Source of the DNA: Octopus vulgaris
Lineage: Eukaryota
Direction: 5' to 3'
Assembly (NCBI GenBank): GCA_951406725.2
Contig: OX597828.1
Location: 30,752,001-30,816,000, forward strand
Length of the DNA: 64,000 bases
Positions within the stretch are counted from its first letter, which is position 1; each line of letters starts with the position of its first letter. Position numbers and translations under genes: made by a program. This document shows, in pieces, positions 53,996 to 64,000 of the stretch. The notes under the pieces are model-generated. The model searched no databases. It had not been told where the DNA came from and was given only the letters and a program-made list of their open reading frames with translations.

Positions 53996-55230
53996 TCAGC
54001 ATGTCCTCCTTGTTACCATTTATTAACTATTAATAATTTATAAAAATACTATTTAGCTTTACTATAAAAATTAGATTTAGGTGTTATACTCTATGTTCCA
54101 TATCTATGTGATAAGCAATATCATCAAGTTTAGTGTTTTATTTTCTTCAAGAAAATCCTGAAAATTATATATGCCCTCACTCCAGAAAAAAGCAATATTT
54201 ATGGCAATTAACAGTATAAAATTAGTGTTAATTTAGTCGCGATAATTTTCATAAACGTTCTTGCGATGTAAACGTAAATTAGTTAATTTATTCTGCACTT
54301 CTACCGTTTCGGCTATTTAGATGTAGCGAGCATTCATTTTTCAACATTCCAGTGTAACGTCACTGCAACACGGAAACAATTTGTTTTTTAACAACTTTTC
54401 TGTCCATCTGCGAGTGTCGATAAAGAGAATAACCTCGTTAATTTCTTCTGTTGGTAAATATCTATGAAATGTAGTCTGCATGAATTTTGTTTACTCCGGT
54501 GGTTGTAGTTACTTATATACACATTAATAAAATTCGGATAGAATTCATCACTTCTGTTCAATTTCCATAATACATGTGTATGGCGTAGGAACGCAGTTTA
54601 AGCACCTAATTAACAGCACAGAGGTCAAAATTGGTTTTCCATGATCTTATAATAATTCTGCTTGTTACTCCTTTACTTAGCACGTCCATAACGCTTTCAC
54701 GTGATTAGTTGAAGAGAGGAAAGGTATATGAGGGATGGAGGTGGAGTAGGAATGACAAGGGCATGGAAATGGTGAGGAGACATGTGGGAAGGAAAGGTGG
54801 GAGGGTGCTGGGGTGGTCAGTGAAATGTATGATTTTATATTTGAACCTAGTTTTTCTCGTCCATTACTTAGCCCGTCTGTAACGCTTTCACGTGATTAGT
54901 TGAAAGGAAAGGCAAATAAAACAAAGAAAAAGAAGAGGGAGAAGAGGGTAAGGTGGTGAGTGAGAGGGAACAGAGAGAGAGAGAGAGTGCTGTATATTAA
55001 TTCTATAAAACTGTGAGTGTAAAGTGTATATACAAGGTGCATTATTGAATCGTTGTATTCCAATTTCCTTAAAATTTTCAATTATTAACAGATGAACGAC
55101 TGTTTTTTGATACAAACACAACATAGGGTACGCTTTCAGGATTTTGGCATAAAGCATTTTTTTAGAAATAATCTATAAGTTACTCAGTAATTCCATGCAA
55201 TTTTCACGAGTCCCGCTAGTTTGAAATACA

Positions 55231-55720
<490 letters not shown>

Positions 55721-55842
55721 ATAAAATTTCTTCATAAATATATAACATATCACCAGCCAGAAAATTAACAGAGATGATAACCTATAGAGACAAGAAATAA
55801 ATTAAGTATAGACCAGTGACAGAAAACGAGAGACAGAGGGAG

Positions 55843-55917
<75 letters not shown>

Positions 55918-55925
55918 GAGAGAGA
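55843..55925. repeat. (GATA)n microsatellite
   Basis: Direct reading. Confidence 0.95.
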
Positions 55926-56469
55926 GGGGGTGGGGTGTGGGGTGGGGTGTGGCGGGGAGAAAGTGAGTGTCAGACAGACGGTAAGACAGACAACGTTTTA
56001 ATTAAAACGTTTTAATTAATCATAAAAATGTATTATATATGTATACTTATAAAGGCGGCTAAATTTGATGCTTTGAATAAGTAGAAAATAAAAAACAGTA
56101 TCGCATTTAGAAATAAGGTATTTAAGAAAATCAAGAACTAATAATTAGATTATGACTGGGAAATAACGAGGTAATGGTTTACCTCATTTTCCAGTACGAC
56201 TTCAAGAGGACGCTGGAAATTTACGCATGCGTTTCGCTCTGTATCTCTCGGAAGAACTGCAGCAAACTTCCTGTTTTTAGCCCCCATCCCGGCCTTAGTA
56301 CTGCAAGCAGAGTGCTAGGTGTGCTTCTCAAAGCACCCCACTGAGCCAGGGAAATCGGGTGAGTAGAATTTGTGGCTTCTGATTCGAAGAAAATTTCCAA
56401 CAACCACTTCTAACACATCTTACAGACATCGCTGTGTTTACAGAGTATTGATCAGTTGTGAGGATACAG

Positions 56470-56545
56470 TTCTATATTTGAGAGACGAGGGATTATGTAC
56501 ATTAATCACGGATATTTGCTCTCATTTTCTTTGTTGTTAACACAG
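56470..56545 (-). mobile_element. Fragment of the PLE pLTR family seen at 39846/62289
   Basis: ttctatatttgagagacgagggattatgtacatta...ttgttgttaacaca. Confidence 0.75.
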
Positions 56546-56974
56546 GCGACTTCGGAATCTGCTGCAACTCTTCTGGACAGTCTTGTTGTTGTTAAATAAA
56601 GTCTCCTTGTTTAAGGTGGGGAATCCTTGCCTTCAATTCATCTCTGCTGACCCCAAGAGTGTGGGGCTTCTTTTGCCTCCTTATCATCTGCCAAATATAT
56701 TTACAGACCTGTAGAATTTGGTCTATCCACCCAGCTGCTTCGCTTCCTCCTACTATTCCCTTCAACTCTCACGTATTTATGATTATCTCAAATACTAGGT
56801 AAAAGATGAAACTAAACATTCGAAAATGCCGAACGGTAGTAGTAGCAAAGGCGGTTGTTTTAAATAAATAACGGTTATATTGTCGCCGTGGATACAAAGG
56901 TTATCCACAACTATACAGATCAAAGCACTATTGGTGGTAAATAATGATGAGCAATGCTGTAATAGCAATGTTAA

Positions 56975-57385
56975 AGTAACTGTCGGCATTATAAAATCAA
57001 AATTTCTGACAAATGGTACAAGCACCACCCTGAGACTGTAAATGGAGAAAATGTACTTTGAGACTTCCCAGTATGTACAGATCGGACCATGAAAGCAAAT
57101 ACACCAGATATTGTTGTTAAAGACAAAAACAATAACGTCTGTTTATCGAGTGACATGAGCATGCCCTATGACTATAATATCTCGGCAAAAGAATTTGATA
57201 AGCTCAGAAAATATAAATATTTGCTTATCGAATTCGAAAAGATGTGGCGTCTCAAGACGTACGTTTAGGAGAACAGGAACTGAAAATTATTCTAAAATGA
57301 TTTGTGGCTTACCATCAATGCAGGAAATGCAAAGATTGTCTCAAATGGTATGTCATACATATTGAGAAGTACGTTGTCGCTGTAA
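56975..57385 (+). mobile_element. R4/Dong-type LINE restriction-like endonuclease remnant
   Basis: CRHYKIKISDKWYKHHPETV..L*DFPVCTDRTMKANTPDIVVKDK..DMSMPYDYNISAKEFDKLRKYK..IEFEKMW. Confidence 0.88.
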
Positions 57386-57641
57386 ATTTTATTTCCTTTT
57401 CCTCACCTTTATTCTATTTGTTTCTTTTCTATTATTATCATAAATACATGAGGGTTGAAGTGAATAGTAGCAGGAAGAGAAGGAGCTAGGTTGGTAGGCC
57501 AAATTCCAAAGATGTGTAAATAATTTCAATGGGCCTTTGCATTCCTGTGCGATAAGGAGACAAAAGTAGCCTCACATTATATATAAATATATTGATTTTC
57601 ACATCGTTGCATTTTTGAATTTCTGAATTATTATATATACA

Positions 57642-57712
57642 TTTCTTTATTGCCCACAAGGGGCTAAACAAAGAGGGGACAAACAAGGACAGACAAAGGG
57701 ATTAAGTCGATA
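57642..57712 (-). mobile_element. SINE family C, 3' fragment
   Basis: tttctttattgcccacaaggggctaaacaaagaggggacaaacaaggacagacaaagggattaagtcga. Confidence 0.85.
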
Positions 57713-57949
57713 TATATATATATATATATATATACGCACACACGCAAACACACGTATACACACACACACATACATACACACACACATATATGTATATATG
57801 AGTGTGCCTGCGTGTACGTATGTATGCATTTATAGTGTATGGGTGCGTGTGTTGTATGTGTATGCGTGCTTGTGTGTATGTGAGTGTGTGCATAAAGTAC
57901 GTGTGGATGCTTGCGTTGAATTCTTGTTCTTAGTATATGCACTTATATA

Positions 57950-58195
57950 TTTCTTTAGTACCCACAAGGGGCTAAACACAGAGGGGACAAACAAGGACAG
58001 ACACACGGATTAAGTCAATTACATCGACCCCTGTGCATAACTGGTACTTAATTTATCGATACTTAATTTATCGACCCCGAAAGTATGAAAGGCAAAGTCG
58101 ACCTCGGCGGAATTTGAACTCAGAACGTAACGGCAGACGAAATTCGGCAACGCATTTCGCCTGGCGTGCTAACATTTCTGCCAGCTCGCCGCCTT
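57950..58195 (-). mobile_element. tRNA-derived SINE family C, full length
   Basis: Reverse complement of the 60720-60959 copy; ~23-bp TSD 57927-57949/58198-58220. Confidence 0.92.
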
Positions 58196-58223
58196 TCTTC
58201 TTAGTATAAGTACTTATATAATA

Positions 58224-58430
58224 CATTTGTTTATTGCCCACAAAGGGCTAAACATAGAGGGGACAAACAAGGACAGACAAAGGGATTAAGTCGAAACTGG
58301 TACTTTATTTATCGACCCCGAGAGGATGAAAGGCAAAGTTGACCTTGGCGGAATTTGAACTCAGAACGTAACGACAGACGAAATACCGCTAAGCATTTCG
58401 TCCGGCGTGCTAATGTTTCTGCCAGCTCGC
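58224..58430 (-). mobile_element. SINE family C, second adjacent copy
   Basis: TSD ataagtacttatata 58206-58220/58431-58445. Confidence 0.92.
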
Positions 58431-58749
58431 ATAAGTACTTATATATACGCATTTCGGAATCACGCACAAATTACCCTTGCGAGTATACACAAACATTTTA
58501 TTTGGGAAGGCACACTTTATATTTTCCCTGTTAATATGCAAATGACTTGAGGTTGGATGAACTTTTCTTTTCCAGAAACAATTTTCAAACTAAAATCATT
58601 TATAAATATTTATTTATTGATTTAATGCAGAGCCGTTGTGTCGTGGCTGGCTCGAAGTGAAGTCTATATTTTGATAAAAAATATTTTGAAAATATTTTGT
58701 AGCGGTATCAAGTACAAAATGTAAGAGACATTTCAGTTGTCTGCATAAG

Positions 58750-59497
58750 ACTTAAGCGCCCGTTATACCAGTCAGATATGAATAATTAATGAAATACAGC
58801 TGAATATCCACACGTTTTTATGTCACCCAAAGACGTTCAGAATAAATGCAAGAATTTTGACTTATTTTTTTTCGTACTCTATCATTATATTTGCATTAAT
58901 TCTGTTACTAAGTCGCAGTTTAGTTTCCTGATGAGGTAGGTTTTTCCTCAGAGTTAGTTTTCTTCCATCACATATTCACTGTTATAAGAGAGTAATATGT
59001 GATTTCATGGAATTTCAGTTGTCTTTTCTATAAAATCAATCGTGCGGCTAATCTATTTTTCCTCGTTGGCCCATCAGTAATATGCTTTTGTTGCATCTAA
59101 CTCATTCAGTACTCAGAACACTTGTAATCACTTGGTCAGACCTTGGAATCTTACACACAGACAATCGATTACTGTTATTATCTTATTTTTCCTGAAGTCT
59201 CACGCCAGAAACTAAATGAATAATGATAATTTTTTTGCCCAAATTATTTCTTCTAGTGACTTGAACAATCTGGTTTTCATTTTTCTTCTTAGACTAAAAG
59301 TTCTACTTTTCGATGATCTCATTTTCGTCATTTTCTCTCTATCTTTTGGAATCTTTCCGATTGGCTTATTGATTTATATTGGTGCAACTGTAGAGATCCA
59401 TGCAGAAAAAATCGTATTATGCCACGTTTGCGCTGATAAACTATATTTTATATCATTATTCCATATCACTTGCTTATTTTCCATATTTCATTTCTAA
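58750..59497 (+). pseudogene. Decayed Cys-loop receptor remnant
   Basis: RPLYQSD, FPDEVGFSSELV, FS*SLTPETK*IMIIFLPKLFLL / LNNLVFIF (M1), D*KFYFSMISFSSFSLYLL (M2), ADKLYFISLFHITCLFSIF* (M4 + stop). Confidence 0.55.
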
Positions 59498-59924
59498 ACG
59501 TTTTTTCTTTCGTCGTTCATTTTCAACAAAATTCAGCCATAGCTCATCACTTGTAATATTTTTTAAAAATGTATAATTCCTGGTTTGTATGCGTATGTTT
59601 GCTAATAAACTTATGTATGGAAATGGAAATGAACACAAGAACAATAGAACATGCCTATACAGAAACGCGTTTTTTTCCAAATTTCATATTTATATGGTAA
59701 ATTCTGAAACCTTATTTCGGGGATGTAAATGTAAATATTCGAAAACATACTGGTTCATAGCGCCGAGACTCAAATTTCAGGTACACTTTCAAATTTCTCT
59801 GAAACGAGATGCCAAAAACGCAACTGCGTTGACTGCTGTGAATGGCAGTCCCAAACAATAGTCCTGAAAACCGAAATGCAATTTGAACCGCGTTCCAGGC
59901 ATTCGTAATTTGGATGCATCAGGT

Positions 59925-60713
59925 ATGACCTGATTGTCAGCAGCATAAAGAGAACAGGTTATCTGCCGATTGCACACAGGGCAGCGTGCCCTGGTTGTTG
60001 CGAAAGCTTACAATGTCCACGTTAGCACCATCTCTCGCCTGCAACAGCAATACAAAAACACCAACATCACTGCAAACCGAGCCCTCAGGGGATGCCCCGG
60101 GGAGACCATGCCCAGGTGAAGACTGCTTCATCCACCTGTGACACCTCAGCTCTCGAGACAATTGGCACTAGACAGCGACCCATCAGCGACGACATGGTAC
60201 GACGTCGACTGGCCGCTAAGAACCTGCATTGCCGTCGTCCTGCGCGTGGGCCTGTCCTCACAGCTCGCAAAAGTGCAAAAGGCCTGAATCAGAGGATTGT
60301 GGCGCCATACGTTCTAAAATGTTGGTGCAGGCATAGGAAATGACATCACAGCGCAGCGCTACGATTACCAGATACTAAACCCTCACATCCTGCCCTTCTT
60401 CACGCATCAACATAGCCACATGTTCCAGCAGAACAATGCTCCCTCCAAACGGTCAGGTTACCATGGACGTCCTGGCTCTTAGTCCGTGGTTGGCTCTCAG
60501 ACCGTGTTTGAATCCAATTGAACACCTATGGGAGGAAATCCAGATACGGCTGAACCAGGTGGTCCCAAGGCAGACAACTCATGTGGAACTGGAAGCAGCT
60601 TTCCTCAGGGGCGGGCACAGGTGACAATGGCGTTTGTGAACCGCTTCGTGGACTCCATGTACCGACGGTGTACGGCCATTTTGAATACCCAGGGATGGCA
60701 TACACGGTATTAA
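59925..60713 (+). pseudogene. Tc1-like transposase pseudogene (element 3' end at ~61160)
   Basis: MT*LSAA*REQVICRL..VAKAYNVHVSTISRL, VRRRLAAKNLHCRRPARGPVLT, MFQQNNAP, LNPIEHLWEEI, DSMYRRCTAILNTQGWHTRY*. Confidence 0.9.
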
Positions 60714-60719
60714 CCCTGT

Positions 60720-60959
60720 TAATCACAGGCGGCGAGCTGCCAGAAACGTTAGCGTGCCGGGCGAAATGCTTAGCGGTATTTCGTCTACCGCTACGATCTG
60801 AGTTCAAATTCCACCGCGGTCGACTTTGCCTTTTATCCTTTCGGGGTCGATAAATTAAGTACCAGTTACGCACTGGAGTCGATGTAATTGACTTAATACC
60901 TATGTCTGTCCTTGTTTGTCCCCTCTATGTTTAGCCCCTTGTGGGTAATAAGGAAATAT
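60720..60959 (+). mobile_element. SINE family C inserted in the Tc1-like element
   Basis: ggcggcgagctgccagaaacgttagc..gagttcaaattcc..gtcgactttgccttttatcctttcggggtcgataaattaagtaccag; 13-bp TSD gtattaaccctgt 60707-60719/60960-60972. Confidence 0.93.
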
Positions 60960-61354
60960 GTATTAACCCTGTCACACCCTACAATCTCGATGTGCTGGAT
61001 CCGCCCACTGCCAGAACACATGACAACGACCCATAGACTTTGGTCAAAGTGCTTCCAAGAAATTGACTTTAACGGATTTATCAAAACTTGTCTCTGACAT
61101 GATGAAGTTTAAACGTATTTCACAGTCACACAGGTCTCACATATCTTTTGCGGTTCAGCGTAAATGTATATATTTAGGAAACAGTTAAGATTTTTATACG
61201 ATTACCTAGTTTATGTATGTCAATTCTTTAGCTATTTAGATGTTTGTAGGGAAGGTATGTAAATATATGATTATAGAAGTGTGAATGTAATTTTACCTAT
61301 CTTGATGCAGTTAGAAACTTCATATATTTTCATCTTTCACTGCCACCTTATGTT

Positions 61355-61900
61355 CTACGCATCACCAAAATGGCCCATGGAGTTCCATTCTTCTATCGCT
61401 AGTAAGTTCAGAAAAATGCACAGCGCCATTACTCTACCAGCAACCTCTAAATTTAATGTGACAATTACGTTTATGTCCAATCTGAAGGTCTTGGCGGGTA
61501 ATAACCGCAACAAAATGTAGGAAATAAATGAATTTAAGATAGCCGAGAACAAGACTGGAAATATAAAACCAGTTACAATACGAAAGCTACAAACTGAATA
61601 CATGGAAATATCCATTGCCCTATTTGATTATCATGGCTGTAATTCAAATTCATTTTAGATATTACAATGGGCGCTTCATTTCTGCAAAGTTGTTTCTGTC
61701 CAAGTGGTTTGGTTTCAATTTCTTGTAAAAAGTAAATATTTTAAAGTAATTCTTTTCGAATAGTGCAATGGATTAATGCTAAACTGATGATTAATAGTAA
61801 AGTTTCTGCATAGTATCATATATCCAAGATGGTCACACCTAAGAAAGACATTTTAAGTTTGTAGATACATGTATCTTATTATATATGTTAGATACATACA
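61355..61900 (-). pseudogene. Decayed Cys-loop receptor remnant
   Basis: IYNKI, TILDI*YYAETF, PLGQKQLC, LNYSHDNQIGQW / DIS, FIFPVLFSAILNSFI (M1), MALCIFLNLL. Confidence 0.4.
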
Positions 61901-62466
61901 GAAAAAACACAGCTGTATAACTGACAAATGGTTTGTAATCTGTGGAGATTAAAGCAATTCAATTCATTTATTTATCTATCGCACCAATAAATAAATAAAT
62001 AAATAAATACATGGGAGCCAGAGTATACGGTGTGTCTCGTGCTGCAAGGCAATTTCCTTTCAATTCAGACTGGTCAGAAAATACGGTCCTCATCGCTGAA
62101 GACGTGGCAATGCTGAATATCTGTAATAAATATAGTCCTCGATGCTGAAATTATATGGTATTCTCTGAGCCGGGCTGGGTCTGAGGATATGTTTCTTTAT
62201 TTTAGTCAAATAACAACAACAAAAGCAATTGCGAGAATTTTAGTTCGGAACCATGTAATTGAAAATTTCAGAATTTTATGATATTCAGTTCTATATTTAA
62301 GAGATGAACAATTATGTACATTATTAACATTATCTACATTTCACAGATATTTCTCCTCATCTTGTTTGTTGTTAACACAACATTTCGGCTGATATACCCT
62401 CCAGTCTTCTTCAGGTGTCCTGGGGAAATTTCGAACCTGGGTTCTCATTCCTAAGGTATTTTTCGA

Positions 62467-62529
<63 letters not shown>

Positions 62530-62546
62530 CATCATCATCATCATCA

Positions 62547-62578
<32 letters not shown>

Positions 62579-63190
62579 GAGTGAGAGAGCAGTGCATGCC
62601 ATCAAAGTGACACTGGGGTAAAATATACGAAGCCCAATATACCCATCATGACTACCCGTCTGATAAAGGTACACCAGGCACATGCACCACAACCATATGT
62701 GCGCGACATGGTGATCTCATATCAAGATAAACAGCACATGACCTTGCAGGTGGGGCCCAGTTAGAATTTTCTTCAGATCGAGTAAACCATCCCGCTCAAA
62801 AGGTCCCTGAATAAGGGTTGTTTAAGGACGCTGAACGAAACACCCATGTTTCCAGAGGTGAATTATTCAAACCCCAAAGAATCCTTCTCAACACATGGCT
62901 ATGATGCTCCCCCACTACTTCTGCTCGTGATCAGAGATGCACATATCGTCAGCCACTAAGGGACATGCTCAACTGGTTAAGGTCAAACAACTGACAAGCA
63001 AATCTGTGGTATTGAGCAGAATATTTGCTGTAGCCCATCTTTTATACCAAGACAAAACAATGTACATGATAACACTTCCAATCAGTTAAGATCAGAAGCC
63101 ATGAGAGCCACTGCCTGGTACTGCATCAGGGCATTTACTGCATCAGGGCATTTATACTGCATTAGGGCATTTACCACATCAGGGCATTTT
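62579..63190. mobile_element. ~600-bp non-coding element inserted in (ATT)n, copy 1
   Basis: gagtgagagagcagtgcatgcc...gccactgcctggtactgcatcagggcatt; flanked by ATT repeats; terminal 17-19-mer repeated four times. Confidence 0.85.
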
Positions 63191-63201
63191 ATTATTATTA
63201 A

Positions 63202-63247
<46 letters not shown>

Positions 63248-63831
63248 GAGTGAGAGAGTAGTTCATGCCATCAAAGTGACATTGGGGTAAAATATACGAA
63301 GCCCAATATACCCATCATGACTACCCGTCTGATAAGGGTACACCAGGCACATGCATCACAACCATATGTGCGCAACATGGCGATCTCATATCAAGATAAA
63401 CAGCACATGACCTTGCAGGTGGGGCCCAATTAGAATTTTCTTCAGGTTGAGTAGCCCATCCTGCTCAAACGGTCCCTGAATAAGGGTTGCTTTAGGATGT
63501 TGAAAGAACCACCCATGTTTCCAGAGGTGAATTATTCAAACCCCAAAGAATCCCTCTCAACACATGGCCATGATGCTCCCCCACTACTTCTGCTCGTGAT
63601 CAGAGATGCACATATCGTCAGCCACTAAGGGACATGCTCAACTGGTTAAGGCCAAACAACTGACAAGCAAATCTGTGGTATTGAGCAGAATATTTGCTGT
63701 AGCCCATCTTTTATACCAAGACAAAACAATGTACATGATAACACTTCCAATCAGTTAAGATCAGAAGCCATGAAAGCCACTGTCTGGTACTGCATCGGGG
63801 CAGGGCCACTGTCTGGTACTGCATCGGGGCA

Positions 63832-63832
<1 letters not shown>
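63248..63832. mobile_element. ~600-bp non-coding element inserted in (ATT)n, copy 2
   Basis: Colinear and highly similar to copy 1; terminal ~28-mer duplicated. Confidence 0.85.
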
Positions 63833-63891
<59 letters not shown>

Positions 63892-64000
63892 GAGGTCACT
63901 GCTTGGAATCGACCTCAGAATCTTGGGGATAGTAGCGACTACGCCATATGCCCAGGTGCGAAATTTCCCCAAGACACCTGATGCAGTCTGGAGGGTATAT

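Larger units (their letters stand above)
62289..63951 (-). mobile_element. PLE 3' module (tRNA-like head + (AAT)n + pLTR/HHR), interrupted by two insertions
   Basis: 63890-63951 matches 41474-41548 and 62289-62470 matches 41669-41812, both inverted; an inverted pLTR copy begins at 63952 and runs off the window. Confidence 0.85.

Noticed and set aside
58928-58955. CTGATGA hammerhead candidate (also 50089 plus, ~50415 minus)
   Set aside because: No GAAA at the right place or no stem II; these lie within receptor-like remnants.
63118-63190. Short direct repeats resembling a CRISPR array
   Set aside because: No unique spacers; eukaryotic retroelement end reiteration.

Overview
AT-rich, microsatellite-dense eukaryotic DNA, almost certainly octopus/cephalopod (inferred from the SINE families recognised). 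I find no intact protein-coding gene; nearly all ORFs in the track are translated microsatellites or decayed transposons. The window has three layers. (1) Mobile elements: two full-length dead mariners, a mariner derivative with long inverted arms, a Tc1-like copy, a maT-like fragment, CR1/L2-, RTE- and R4/Dong-type LINE remnants, Penelope-like elements (PLEs) and three tRNA-derived SINE families. (2) Hammerhead-ribozyme (HHR) motifs in several unrelated repeat families. These include a near-canonical type-I HHR in a 486-bp tandem unit (retrozyme-like) and a PLE 3' module made of a tRNA-like head, (AAT)n and an HHR with stem covariation. (3) Much of the 'unique' DNA between repeats translates, by eye and across stops and frameshifts, into ordered Cys-loop receptor motifs (W-x-D..L-x-W, W-x-P-D/E, C..D..FP-x-D, RR/RKP, M1, GEK/ERIS-M2, M4). 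This suggests a graveyard of roughly 15-20 decayed, intronless nAChR-like (chemotactile-receptor-type) pseudogenes on both strands. All protein calls are manual translations, unverified by search, and pseudogene boundaries are approximate.
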